Shown: positions 24,225 through 44,420, counted from the stretch's first letter. The stretch: 64,000 nucleotides of DNA from Octopus vulgaris (GCA_951406725.2 OX597814.1:220906001-220970000); one strand, 5' to 3'. Numbers and translations are program-made. The notes: a model not told the origin generated them from the sequence alone.

Positions 24225-24450
24225 GATAGAACTTATGTTTGCAGGAAAAAATGCTTCATGTTGTCTATTAAGTAATGGTGGTGAATCGTGAATCAATATT
24301 TGGAAGGTTTCCTTAAGGCAGAATTCACATGCAGATTGCTGGCCTTAATATGGGACACCAGAATCTGTTATGGTCCAGGTTATCTTAAATGGAATTTTCT
24401 TATTTATCAGGTGGTTTGGGATATCTCTACGTAAAATAGATCCGATATAA
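24225..24450 (-). pseudogene. Penelope-like element GIY-YIG endonuclease C-terminal remnant
   Basis: Manual translation: KITWTITDSGVPY*GQQSACEFCLKETFQILIHDSPPLLNRQHEAFF, frameshift, SCKH; fits the WxI..PY...CxLCLxEK...LLNxRxE..CxH pattern of PLE endonucleases. Confidence 0.6.
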
Positions 24451-24459
24451 TGGCTAAAG

Positions 24460-24526
<67 letters not shown>

Positions 24527-24640
24527 TGTATGTATGTATGTATGTATGTATGTATATAAAACAGAAAATGGAGAAACATTGATGAACAACAATTGACTTA
24601 CATCAATTCTTATTTATTAATTCAATACAAATAAACTGCA

Positions 24641-24760
24641 TCCCATCTAACAGCTGTTTCTGATTCCAATGTTGTATGGCATTGCCATTGATATGCTAAA
24701 AAATATTTATTATATTTGGTAATAAAACCGATCTGAAACATGGAGTTTCATTAGAGTGAA
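24641..24760 (-). ncRNA. Degenerate hammerhead with ~70-nt stem II insert (PLE terminal repeat)
   Basis: Minus strand: CTAATGA (G5 mutated)-aacTCCA...TGGAatca-GAAAC-agct-GTT-aga; palindromic ACAGCTGT stem III. Confidence 0.45.
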
Positions 24761-25414
24761 GAATAAATGCAAAAAAGAAGATTCTAGAAAAGAAAAAGGC
24801 AAAGTTGGATATAGTTATAATCATACCATTTTGCTGGTGTATCTCCTTGGGACGTTAACTAAATGACTAAACTTAAAATAGTACTTAGTGGGTTAATCCT
24901 TTGTACGGGGTGGGGATAGGATGGATAAATAATAATAATAATAAAATAATAGCGGGATATGCCAATAGGTTTTAGTCGGAGAAGGGATGAAGATACCATA
25001 AGGTTTTTAATTAATAACTGTGATTAATTAAAAACCTTATTGTATCTTTACTCCTTCTCCGCTCCAAGGTAATCCCAATAGACTACTTCCACTGCATATA
25101 TGTATGTATGTATGTACGTGTGTTTCAGCTCAATGGGAAAACAAGCACATGGGAAAGCAAGCACAAGAGCGTCTTGCTTTCCCAGATGTCGAAACAGAAT
25201 GGGATCATAGGAGCACATAGAAAGCATGAGCTGCACAAGTCCTTGCCTTCAGTCCCAACAGATCACCAGTTCCTGACCTACGACAGAACGTTTCGAGCAC
25301 GTATTGCCCTGATCGGTCGCGGCCGGACGCACCGTGACCCAACTTCTCCCATATGATGTCTTTAGTCATCGTCGATAACGACGGACGAGCATTATGTATG
25401 TATGTATGTATGTC

Positions 25415-27225
25415 TCTTCTATTTTTTAATTATTATAAATCTTCCACTGAGGAAGGACCCGGTTTCCAACAAAGATACAAAGCTCCATTTTTGGGATATA
25501 GTTGACATAGACAAATTCACATTTGGAATTTGAGAAAAGTCTTGCATATTATTATTGTTCCACTCACAGATTGCATTTGTAATGTACGAATTAGTCGGTC
25601 GATTTCTCTTTCTGAAAAATCTCAGTTCATCCAGATTCTCCTTTAAGCATTTACTAACAAAACCTAGTGCTCCAATTATTATTGGTATGAATATGAATTT
25701 ACAGTCTGGATATAAAAGCTGGAGGTTATCATCTTTTCCTTTGATTTTTCAAAGAGATATTTATATCTGCAGGGCAGCTGACCTCTATGAGGGTACACAC
25801 CTTTGCCCCTCTGTCCCAAAAAACAATATCCGGGCTGTTATGTTTACATTTGACAGAAGTTAGTGTTTATGAATGTATTCTATAAAAGAAGGATTCTCTA
25901 AGTTTATTTTAGGACAGTCTTTTTTGTGGATGGCATAGTAAATTGTTTTAGTAACAATATCGTGCTGCATAGGGTCGTAGTACTGTGACGACTTTTTAGG
26001 ACAGCTGCTAATCACATGCGTGATGTGATGTCTTCCACAGAAGCATGACATAGCCTACACAGGCAGTTTCACCTTAGGATTACAAGAGCGTCACTGTCTC
26101 TCTTGTTTCCCAGGGACTTTGTGGCAATCTCCTCTTCCTGGATTGCAAACGCATAGCCTTAAAAGTGTGATGTGATGTAGTGGTCTGGTATCCAAGAGAG
26201 GCTGCGCTTCGTGTCAATTCTACTGCCTTCTTCAAGCTTCTGGGTAACATACTCATGCATAGTCGTTTCTTTTTGTATGCTGAGTGCTTACCATCCAGGT
26301 CTTCTCTGAGGTAAGAGAACCCAGCTGTTTTGGGATTGTATAAGCATACACCAGGAAGAGAGTGCTTCTTGAGGATCACACTGGCAACTCGTACGATGTT
26401 GCTCACTTCACTTTTCAGCACTGTATTTATACATTTATTTTTGCTGCTGTTGTTTTTCGGGTGCTGCCTGAGTGATACCACAGGGCATTGGAAGGACGTC
26501 TGCACTGATCTCAGGCCTCTGCCATCTTCATTTCTTCTTAGGTAGAGCCTATCAACATCACTGTTTCTGTGGAAGTTCCCAGTTGTCAAGATTTTGCGGG
26601 TTTGATATCTATGGAGTGGATTTCCTCTACAGACCAATCAAGTATCCAAAATGTTGGGATCATCACTGGTACTGCAAATGCATTGTGGGATATTGTTTTG
26701 TTGTAAGAGGAGAGTTCTGACTGTCATATTTTCTTAAGTCAGGTGTAATATTCTCGGATCACTCTTTCTTTATTCACAGTGCCTTCATATGATATATTTT
26801 CGCCTATTACCGGGTACTTGTAACATTATTTGTGTAGAATGGAGGAGATAGAAAGACCGTTCATGCACAGATTTTGGGTCTGGGGGGACTGATTTTTCTC
26901 GTTCTATAACCAAATATGAACATTTCTTTTAGCCAAACTCTCATGCCTATATCAGCTGAAAATGTTATTAATTCCAGTCGTTTTTTAGTATTGCTAACAC
27001 TTTTAGCATAAATCTTCAGGTCGTCTACAAAGAAATTATGAGTTTCGTTGATATTTCTAGCAGTCGAAGATCCTAGCATCTAACCATTTGTTTTCTGCTA
27101 TAGGAACAATAATGGATTCAGTGTCAAAATGGAAAGACTACAGAAAGGTTATCTTCCTAGAATATTCCCTTTGAAATACCTATATTATCAGAAACAATTA
27201 TCCTGTTTTCAGTCTTTCCATAGCA
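25415..27225 (-). mobile_element. R4/Dong-clade (restriction-like endonuclease) LINE, degenerate, bounded by (TATG)n
   Basis: FVDDLKIYAK, DVDRLYLRRNEDGRGL, HVISSCP...YY...HDIVTK, IIIGALG; (TATG)n at both ends. Confidence 0.8.
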
Positions 27226-27255
27226 TGTATGTATGTATGTATGTATGTATGTATG

Positions 27256-27284
<29 letters not shown>

Positions 27285-27286
<2 letters not shown>

Positions 27287-27650
27287 TTATTCAGTTTATT
27301 TCAAGATTTCTTGCCAATAGAGAAAGAACCGGTTTCTGACCTAGATTTAAGGCTCCTTCATTGGAATTTCAACATCAATAACATGGTATTATTGTATGAA
27401 AAGGCGACGAGCTGGCAGAAACGTTAGCACGCCGGGCGAAATGCTTAACGGTATTTCGTCTGCGTTACGTTGTGAGTTCGAATTCCGCCGAGGTCGACTT
27501 TGCCTTTCATCCTTTCGGGGTCGATAAATTAAGTACCAGTTACGCACTGGGGTCGATTTAATCGACTTAATACCTATGTCTGTCCTTGTTTGTCCTCTCT
27601 GTGTTTAGCCCCTTTTGGGTAATAAAGAAATAGGTATTATTGCATGTATG

Positions 27651-27684
<34 letters not shown>

Positions 27685-28065
27685 TGTGCAGATTTGTATG
27701 TTTGATGTAAGTATCCTCATGCATATAGTTGAATATCTATACATGCTCATATATATTTAAATGATAAACTTCTGGAAAGATTTACAGATTTTTATTGTTC
27801 CCGTGATAGATTGGATCTGTAGTCTTCGAATTAGCTTTCTCCTTTCTGGTTCTGAGAAGCTTAATTTCTCAAGATCGGTATTTAGGCAGTGTGTTACATA
27901 TCCCAGGCCCCAATAATGACAGAGTAACTGCAGATTTCTCAACAGTTCAGCATGGGTGTTCTCTTTTTCACTGATCTTCAGTTTTATGCTAACATCCGCT
28001 GGGCAGCTAATTTCCACAGCTGTGCACAGTTTCTCTTCTCTATCCCAAATCATTATATCAGGTCT
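27285..28065 (-). mobile_element. 3' fragment of R4/Dong-clade LINE, split by a SINE and (TATG)n
   Basis: ORF 27757-28053 (PD)MMIWDREEKLCTAVEISCP...GLGYV...LQIQSITGTIKICK; 3' UTR resembles 25415-25500. Confidence 0.8.
27402..27632 (+). mobile_element. SINE family A monomer inserted in R4 3' UTR
   Basis: Full head and one unit; GGTATTATTG(T/C)ATG repeated on both sides. Confidence 0.9.
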
Positions 28066-28432
28066 ATGTATGTATGTATGTATGTATGTATGTATGTATG
28101 TATGTATGTATGTATGTATGTATGTATGTATGTACGTATGTACGTATGTATGTGTGTGTGTATGTATGTATGTATGTATTAAGCTTTAATATACGATATG
28201 AACAGTTAACGAGAATTTCGCAATTCTCGTTAATCACAAATTTTGTCCAATAGGACCATAAATATTCAGAATCAAAATGAATTCGTAAGAATTGAAGTTT
28301 TGTCGGGTTACGGACGTATAGATTCGGCGACTGTAAATACTGAAGTTGTTATTGGTTTAGCTCAAGATTTTTATTGAGCAGGACAATAGTATGGAAATAT
28401 TCATTGTTTCAGCGTCCACTTGGCGACTTGCA

Positions 28433-28523
28433 TTCTATGCAGTAGCCTTCCCAGAGTATTGTTTTCTATGCAGTAGCCTTCCCAGAGTATTATTTTCTAT
28501 GCAGTAGCCTTCCCAGAGTATTT
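28433..28523. repeat. 31-bp tandem repeat, three copies
   Basis: TTCTATGCAGTAGCCTTCCCAGAGTATT at 28433, 28464 and 28495. Confidence 0.95.
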
Positions 28524-28999
28524 TCCATCAACCATTTTTGCATGTTACCATACCATTCAGTGTTTATTCATAAAAATGCCATGCATCTGAAACTATAATA
28601 TCTGGTACTATCATTTAGGCTATGCTTAACCGATGAGTACTGATAAAAGCGAAAATTATCAGAAGTTGTGACCACACTGTTGATGACCGAACCCATTCAC
28701 CACTGTAATGGTTAAAGTAATGATTTTATCTCACCACTACGTATAATTTTAATTAATTAAAATTTCTTGGCTCACTGCATTAAGTATGCTGGCATTTTCA
28801 TTGAGTGTTGGCTACTTCGTTGTTACTGAGTGAATGCTCGACTGATTTTTGGCCGTTTGCCTATTGGCGACTGGTGGACTAACTGCTTCATTCACGTACT
28901 GGCTTTCTGTATCATGACTGTCGAATGGAACTGTATTGATAATTGAGGCTTTGGTTTGCTTTATATTACAACATGATGGATGTATACATGCAATGCAGT

Positions 29000-31700
<2,701 letters not shown>

Positions 31701-32164
31701 TATTCGTTGACCTTCAAAAGTATCTGTAAATTAATTTGGTAAAATTAGATTTGAATTTGTTGCAACAGTCTAATGCACGCTCACAAAACCAAACGCACAA
31801 GCACACATACATATAAATATATTTGTACGTCCCATGGAAGTTAATTTTATATCGAACCCTATGTGGTAGCTTTTCTTTAAAAGGTAGTTTTATGTGATTG
31901 GATATCATGTTGTCTGTTTTTCGGTAGATTCGTCTATTCCAGGGAGTTTCGTATCTAACTCTCATGTACTTTATTTCTTTATATTTTAGGCAACGAATAG
32001 AATCTGTCGTTTTACACCGCCCAATGAGAAATATTGTTCTCGAAACAGAACGTCCTGTAGCGGAAGAAAACACAGAAGCCGTGTAGAACAAATTAATTGT
32101 CTGCTCGTTCTTTCAATACTTAGGTTTATATCATAGCAGCAAATAATTCATAATTTATGCCTAC

Positions 32165-32575
<411 letters not shown>

Positions 32576-33544
32576 TGTATGTATGCGAACATGTAAAAAT
32601 CTCTCTGAGTAATAATTGATAGAATATCATTGTAAGTGAGGAAAATCAGCGGGAATCAAAACAATGAGGTTTATATTCATTCACAACACGTCTTGGCAGA
32701 TTTGAACGTGAACCCAACAGTGAATAGAAAATTCACATACAAATCTACCAAAACAACACCATTAATGTATGTATGCTCACACACATATACGTATATTTGT
32801 GTGTGTGTGTGTGTGTGTAGATGCGCGCGTGCATATATAGTTATATATAATGGTTATATGAACACATGCATATATAAGTATGTGTGGGTACGAATTAAAT
32901 ATGTTTAAGAGTAACACACACACACGCACATATATATCTATGTCACATTATTTGTGTGTGTGTATATGAGCGTGTGCGTGTGTATGTTTATACATACATA
33001 CACATATACATACATACATACATACATACATACATACATACATACATACATACATACATACATACATACATACATACATACATACATACATACATACATA
33101 CACACGCACACACACACACAGACGCACACACACACACATATATATATATATAACACACATATACACATATATATTCAAGCTTGCGAACCATTTCGGGTGT
33201 GTATCTATACGTACAAATAAAAATGTTTATAGTAATTTTTTTTTAAATATACGAGGAAACATTCTGATTTTGTATTTTTACGGTATAAGTATCTAGTAAT
33301 TTTCTTATCAGAAGGAAAAAAACTAATGCAAATATATATTTTATCTTACCGTGTGAGAATTACAAAGCATTTTTTGATGGCGAAATTTTTTATTTATTTT
33401 TTTATAGTTACACTGATTTGAGTTAAGTAAATTCTAATGAGAATTCAAACATAATTTGAAGTTGTATATATGGGTTTTAAACACATGAATATATTTCGGT
33501 ACTGAACATCATTAAAGTATACTAACATATAAACATATCTACCC

Positions 33545-36624
<3,080 letters not shown>

Positions 36625-37061
36625 ATCTATCTATCTATCTATCTATCTATCCGTCTCTCTGTCTGTCTGTCTGTTTATCTATCTATCTTCTATGGCTTAT
36701 ATAACTTTGGTCAGATGTGCAGTTTTCTCCTAAGAGTAACTTAGTTGGAAGAACGCAGTAGTTATTATGATACAGACACATACACGCACACGTGCACATA
36801 CATGCAAACGAACACACACATACACACACACATGCACATACATGCACACACACACACACATACGCATAATTTACTTGTGAATTAACAATACTACCACTGG
36901 TTTCATATGGAAAGAAATTTCCTCAAGTTTTCAAGCAACCCACATTAAAAATATTGGTAATCATCACCATTTTGATGTGATGACATGAGATTATATACAA
37001 TTACATGGGACTTCGAAATTAATGCATATACAGATAAAAAATGGGCAACTTATAAGGGACA

Positions 37062-37164
<103 letters not shown>

Positions 37165-37165
37165 A

Positions 37166-40100
37166 TGACGTGATGTCGCATCGGCTCCGCAAGTAACCCC
37201 TTTTTTCGACCTTTTATTGCACACATTTTGTTTAAATGTTTGCACACAAGATGTATAAAGCACCCAGCTTTCATTTGAGTGTGTTTTGAAGGGTGGGATT
37301 GACCCCCTAGGGGCAGTTTCAAACCTATTTACATTTCTATTTTCTTCGATTTCCTTGCCATATTTCTAAACAAATACAGCTAAGCGAAACCATGAGGCTG
37401 ACTTCCCGCCTCTACCAATGCTAGAGGCGAAGGAAGCTGAAAGCAAAGCCGTTCCGCGTGAACGCACACAGGCCTTAGAAGGCACGAATGCTTCTGCTAC
37501 TATAACCACTGGCTCCACCACTGCTACCACCACTACTGCCATCACCACCACAACCAACACGAATACCGAAAACAATTTTGCTGCAGCTTTAAAGTTAAAG
37601 AAAACAGTCATGGGCTTTTCCAATAAAGAACTGCTCGCCTGTAAAGCAATGTTAAAAAAAGACGATCTCAGCATACAATCACAGACACCACAAAACATCA
37701 CGGAAAAAATCGAAAAAAACCCTAATTATTCACACTCAACCTAAAAACAAGGTTATACGAAAAGGCCACCCATGAAAATGTTGAAAAATGTTTAAGGCCT
37801 ATATGGGCCTTTAAACACTACATTACGAGGGGAAACAGAATTGCCACGATCGAAGTTCGATTCGACAGTGAAGAAAGAGCCAAGGACCTCTCCACAAAGT
37901 CCTTCCAATTTGAAAATTTACTGATGATCCCTACATACCTTGGTCGTAGGGTCACAAAAATTAAAATAAAGAATGTGCCTCCTGAAATAGAAATAAAATG
38001 GCTCGTGTCCGCCATTTGCTATGACATCGAGGACGAAATCCATATCTTGAAAATCGCCGTCTTGGACTAGCAAAACTGGATTGGCCAAGAAATCGAAATG
38101 CTTCTTCAAATTAATCCATTGATTTTCGAAAAAATTCCACATCGAATCCAATTGAGAGAGGATTCGAGTTTACATGTAGCCGGCGCAGGCAGAAAGCCAC
38201 GTTGCTACGTTTTTGGTAGCAAAGCACACTTACAAATTAACTACCCACTAGCACAGAAACAAAAACAGCCACAACAACGATAACAAGATCATGAATAACA
38301 GCAACAACCTCGAGAAAGCAAAAAAAAAACGCGCAAAAAACCAGCACTGCTACCTACACCGCCATATGCACAAATGATAGAGGGCGCGTGGCTTAGTGGT
38401 TAGGGCATTCGGCTCATGATCGTAAGGTTGTGAGTTCGATTCCCGGCGACGCGTTGTGTCCTTGAGCAAGACACTTTATTTCACGTTGCTCCAGTCCACT
38501 CAGCTGGCAAAAATGAGTTGTACTTGTATTTCAAAGGGTCAGCCTTGTCACTCTCTGTGTCACGCTGATTATCCCCGAGAACTAGGTTAAGGGTACACGT
38601 GTCTGTGGAATGCTCAGCCATTTGCACGTTAATTTCACGAGCAAGCTGTTCCGTTGATCGTATCAGCTGGGACCCTCGTCGTCGTAACCGGCGGAGTCTT
38701 TTAATGCACAAATGATTAAATATCTATACAAACAAATGAAGGAACATCAGCAACCAACAAGTCAGCCCAACCAAACAACACCGCCACCAGCGCCAACAAG
38801 AACAGAAACAAGACCATCACCACCAAAACATTCGTAGAAAACAAAAGCATCAACACAAACACACTAACAACAAACCCCCCCATCAATGTTGACAGCCATA
38901 AACTCCAACAAGCCAGACCTAATGGAATACATTAGGTCAAACACCAACATAACAGAAAAGGATACCAAAACAAAGAATCATCCACGCACAACACCACCAC
39001 AACACGTTAAAATCATACACATAACACAGATCACATACAGCACCCTGAAATCTCTCTACCCTGATGCAGCTGGGAGATTTCAAAAATACCTGTTCAAAAA
39101 CTGTGCAAAAACATTCTAAGAGAAGACTGTGAGGTGAAGAACAAAGAACTTTCAGACAGTAATTGACTCTCTCTCTCTCTCTCACTCTCTCTCTTTCTCT
39201 TTCGTTTTCTTTTGTGTGTAAAACACAACTTTCGATAGGAATATGCTCAAAATAGACAGTATAAATGCATATGGCTTAGGGTCGCTTTGGAAACAAAGCT
39301 GCCTCTTAAACGACATCAAGTCACAAAATCTGCATATCATAGCCATCAGTGAGACCAGACTCTACATCCCGCGGGCACTCCAGCACATGTTCGGCGCACA
39401 TTCCAACATTTATTTTTCTCCGTGTCTGCCGAGAATGGGCGGAAGTGGCACCGCGGTGCTTCTTCGGAAGTGTCTGAACCTCAAAGGAAGAGCAATTTTC
39501 CTAGACCCGGAGTGTAGGCTGGTCGTCTTGGATTTCGATGGTAGCAATGGGTATGATTTTCGACTGATAACAGTTTATGCACCGTCCTTAACAGGTCTGG
39601 CCAGATTTCTTTCCTGGGAACGTCTCGACCTTTACTTTTAGTGGGGGATTGGAACGCTATCCTGGACACACATCTAGAGTACGTGGGCAGAGATAGTAAT
39701 AGGAGGGGATGAAAATGCCTCAAATCCTGCTCAGGTCTGACAGGTACCGACTGGACTAACCGAATGTACCAATGTGGACATGGATCAACCGCATCGGGTC
39801 GTCCAGATCGTACTTAGAGTATTCTGTAGGACAGTGGATAAGGATAGTGTATGTTGTTCACAATTCCATATAGTCAGCTATACAGACCACAAATTTTGTG
39901 ACTTGTACACTTGACTTAGATAAGACACAGAGAGGCAGGGTACCGGTTACTGGAAGCTGAACGCGTCGTTCACGGCACGCCAGGATCATAGGGACCGGAT
40001 TAGCACATTAGCACGGGTACCATCATCAACAACAGATGGTGGTATTCTCTAAAGAAAGCAATTAAAGCAGAATCGGTTAGGTACAGTAAGGCCCTAGCAT

Positions 40101-42250
40101 TAGACCGAAATAGAATAGAGGGAGACTTAGTTAAGAAATTAGAAGAGGCACTTAGAACTGGTATCGCGTCCAACGTACTGACAGTGAGGTTGGTCCTCGA
40201 CCAACACTTCAATGCCAAACACGAAGGATGCGTTGTCAGAGCTAGGATGCGTGCTCTGAGGAACGTAGGAGTTTGAGCCGCCCGAGAGGCTTGAGTGGCG
40301 GAAAGCGCAACGAGGCAACAGAGCCACCATTAGGTCAATTACAGATGAACAGGGACGCGAATTACTCGAGCCTGAAAGGATGTGTCAGGCCTTTCAATAA
40401 CAATTTGCCCAACTGTTTGGGACAACTGGTGGGTCAGAACACAGAGTGGACGTTAGCGCCTACCTGCATGGCCAGCCACGTCTCCCAGCAAGAGAGGCGA
40501 AGTGTTGTGAAAGACTCATCACAGTCGCAGGCGTACGGGATACGATGGCAGGCCGCACGAGAGACAAGTCACCAGGCTTGGATGGTCTGCCCTACGAATT
40601 TTATTGTCATATGCCAGGAGGTGTCTTGGCAGGTGTCTACTCCAACTGACAGCAGAACGGGAGCATCCCCGTCTTTGTAAAGCGAGGAGCAGTGGCACTG
40701 CTAAAGAAAGATAAAAAAGAGGGGAATTTAATAGATAACATCAGGGCCATCACTCTGCTCAACGCAGTTTTGAAAATTTTGGCCAAGGTATAGCTGAGAG
40801 GTTGGCGCTTGTCATCGAGAAACTAGTCGACAAGACGCAAACGTGTGCCGTGCTGGGTAGGAGTATTAATGGCAACCTCCATCTGGTGCACTACATCAAT
40901 TTGGATCAATCAAAAGCTTTCGATAGAGTAGACCATCACTACTTGGAGGCTGTCCTTAAAGCGGCTGGTTTCGGTCCTATCTTTCGCTGTTAGATCGCTG
41001 CCTTATACAGCGGCATCCGCTCGGTAGTTCGCGTAAATGGTCATCTATCCAGGCCATTTAACATCATGCGTTCGGTTCGACAAGGATGCCCCGCCTCGTC
41101 GCTTCTGTATGTATTGACGCTTGAGCCACTACTGCGGAAGCTGGCGACGCTGAGGGGCATCCCACGAGAGCTGGGATGCGGGAGGAGCGTGTCTGCATAC
41201 GCGGACGACGTCATCGTCATAGTGTCGAGCCACAAGCACATCGACCTGGTCGGCGAGACACTAAAAGAATACGAAGCGGTAACGGGAGCAAAAATTAACC
41301 GGGACAAGTCAGTAGGCTTGCGGCTCGGCACCTGGAGAAGCAAGCCCATGCCGTCCAACAGCGTCTCCATCGTAGGACGCTGCACCGACGGCCCGGTTAA
41401 ATTGATCGGAGTCTGGTTCGGTCCGGACCGCCAAAGGGAGAAGAACTGGCGCGAAATAACGACTAGGGTGGCCACTCCCAGCCAGCAATGGGCCGAGAGG
41501 AAGCTATCCCTAAAAGGTCGAGCGGAGGTGGCGAACGCGTACATCGCGTCCGTCATCGAGTACCGTCTGACCGTCGTACCTTGTCCCGACCCTACCATCA
41601 TCAAACTAGAACGCATACTCTTGCGCTTCCTGTGGAAGGGAAGCGTTCCGATGGTTTGGCGATCTATTTGCTGTCAACACCCGCTAAATGGAGGGCTAGG
41701 CATGTGATTGTTGATGATGCGCAGACATGCGCTGAGACTGCGACATCTCCGGCGCTTCATAGACGACGGTGAGCAGGTATGGTCGCCGTCTGTGCGGCGC
41801 GCTTTCCCGCAGCTCGTCTCCTTGGCCGAACTACAGTCGTGGATCAAACAGAGATCGAGGCTAGGCGAATGGCACCGCGAGTGTCGCGTTGCTCTCAAGC
41901 AACTCTGCTGTCCGGGACCAAACTTGTGCGACTTCATTACAGCAAAGGCGTTCTGTAGAGGATTAGTGGAGGGGAGGTGCGACGACGTTCTCGGGCAGGA
42001 TCTGGGCGTCGACGGGGAACACCCGACCCGCCTGTTCAGGATAACTTTCGGGTCGGGACCTATGGACCATCACCAAAGATCCCTGGCCTGGCAGTTCTAT
42101 CGAGAAGTATTACCTGTTTGGGATAAGCTCTACAGGCACGGTTCGAGACACACCGGGCCGACTTGTCCGATATGCGGTCAGAACGGACGAAACCGTTCTG
42201 CATACACTCGTGCAATGTCCACCCATTTCGGACCTGTGGGACGAGTCCGC
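37166..42250 (+). mobile_element. Tx1/L1-like LINE with 5' UTR, ORF1 and ORF2 (APE-RT), decayed, 3' end missing, flanked by (TCTA)n
   Basis: ORF1 remnants 37330-39120 (PTYLGRRVTKIKI, GRKPRCY...H knuckle); APE from 39243 (SINAYGL, ISETRL, TVYAP, GDWN, YTDH); RT 40550-41700 collinear with the 34-kb copy. Confidence 0.9.
38379..38703 (+). mobile_element. SINE family C inserted in Tx1 ORF1
   Basis: Same family as 18569; 13-bp TSD ATGCACAAATGAT at 38366-38378 and 38704-38716. Confidence 0.92.
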
Positions 42251-42316
<66 letters not shown>

Positions 42317-42317
42317 C

Positions 42318-42352
<35 letters not shown>

Positions 42353-42361
42353 CTTTGTCTG

Positions 42362-42402
<41 letters not shown>

Positions 42403-42429
42403 ATATCTATCTATCTGTCTCTTTGTATG

Positions 42430-42464
<35 letters not shown>

Positions 42465-43133
42465 GTCTATCTATCTATCTATCTAGCCACATCCACATAC
42501 ATATACAGGTCTGCTCTTTACCGAATGCGCCCAGTAGGACAGCAACACACAGAAGCAACATCAACCAGAGTGATTTCGCACAAAAGAGCACGTCGATAAA
42601 TGTGCTGGGATAAATAAGGCCGATTGAACTTGAATCATGATTGTTTCTCTACTCATTTTTCTCTTTCTCAGAAGGATGAAAGACGAACTTGATCGCGAAG
42701 TATTTAAACTGATTTGAACGAGCCGTAACTAAATACTGCAATACATTTAATCGAAAGCAGTGCTGTTTCTTTCTACTTGCCTTCTCCCTCTCACTGTTTT
42801 CCCATGAATAATTTATGATTTATAGAGGATGGTAGGGATATAAAAATAATTATGATTTATTGAGGATGTTTAAATTACAGCAAATCGATCTTAGCATATG
42901 GAATGCATAGTTTGACGCTATTTAGTTCTCCAGTCTATCACTTCGTAATAATAATATGTTTCTAAAATGACATTATACATTATAAAATCCCATGTAAGAC
43001 GGAAAAATGTGACCTCAATTTTTTTCTTCACCTCAGATTTGCTTCATCATTTTTTTCTATCGATGCAGGAAGTTTCTCTACCACAGAGGATGTAAATCTT
43101 TCTGTCTTTCCAATACTTCCTTCCCATCTATCT

Positions 43134-43170
43134 TACCCTGAAGAAGGTCTCTTCCCGAAGCGTTGGCTAT
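43134..43170 (+). ncRNA. Degenerate minimal hammerhead (PLE relic)
   Basis: ACC-CTGAAGA-AGGTCTCTTCCC-GAAGC-GTT-GG after a pyrimidine-rich tract; GAAAC mutated to GAAGC. Confidence 0.4.
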
Positions 43171-44139
43171 TTCACTCCCTGCGACAATTACTCTGTACTC
43201 TTGTCGTTTATTTCAAATAATTTCGACGAGCAAGCAGAATCATTACATTGATTGTTCTGGCTTCTTACATTCTGATTTCGAATTCCACCGAGGTCAACTT
43301 TACCTTTCATTCCTCCGGGGTTGATAAAATTAAGTACCAGTCAAATACTGGAGTGAATGGTATTGACTAACCTCTGTTACTGAAAATAATTGTTGACCTT
43401 GTTCCTAAATCAGAGTCAATATTTTACATTGTTTTGGAAAGGCGACCTACAGCATTCCATATGTGATCTATCTAAGGATATTTAGGACCTCTTCATCTTA
43501 TGTTTCCTTCCCTTATTTAAAGTAGAAGAATATAATGTGAAACAGATTTAGTTGGTATCTCTAGCAGATCGAGTCTCCATGTCGAGGAATCTGCAGTCTT
43601 AGGTCTAATTTTACGTTGAAATATTTTAGTAGATATCTTGTTGTTGTTTCTTTGACGATATAAGGAAGCTTCCGCTTTGCTTTTTATTCGACGACTGCGC
43701 CACGTAAGGTGGTACGGTATTTCATGTCATCATCGAAACCTAAATATCTATGCAGATACTAGCCCAACACAAATTGTGGGGAACCTTCGCGATCACTACC
43801 TACTCGTACCGTGGTGAAAAGATGACGATCAACCAAGAGTCGGCGACTGTACCAATATCTCTGACCGTGATCGTCGTATTTCGTTTCCCCCTATACTGTC
43901 TTTCGTATCATACATATGTCGTGTTTTCTTCTCTTTTCTTGGAGAAGAATCATGGCCAATATTTCTTTCTGGTTCGCAACGCAAAATATGAATTGTTATT
44001 GCTGTCATTGTTAAAATGTTCATTTTCGCTGTTCTGGTTTTAATTTTGTCTGTTAAGTGCTAATATCCATGACTACAATTCTGTTCAATGGTTAAATTCT
44101 CAGTATTTTTTCTTGTTTATCTTTTATCTTTACATCTTT

Positions 44140-44420
44140 TAACTTTTGGCGAAGAGTTTATTCGTTAGCATCATCTTTGTGGTTACCAAATCGTTCTGCA
44201 CCACCTGCACCAATCATTTCGAATCACTAGTGATCAATGTTTGCAAAAATGTAAAAATATTTTGGAGAAATGTCCCAGGTCGTACATTCTTCTTCGCTTC
44301 AGGAGAATTAAGTGGACAGGCAACCATTTTCAAGTTCTTTGTTGGCAAAATTAGATATAAAAAAAATCATAAACAAAGCATAGATATCTTCTTAGCCTTC
44401 AAAGTCTTCATGGTAAATTC
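44140..44420 (-). pseudogene. Mariner transposase remnant
   Basis: Manual translation KWLPVHL...RRR and FLQTLITSDSK* resembles WVPHxL and IITGDEKW. Confidence 0.5.

Noticed and set aside
27315-27365. GAAACCGGTT (minus strand) as a hammerhead in the R4 3' UTR
   Set aside because: No CUGANGA half or stem I; more likely an ordinary 3' UTR stem-loop
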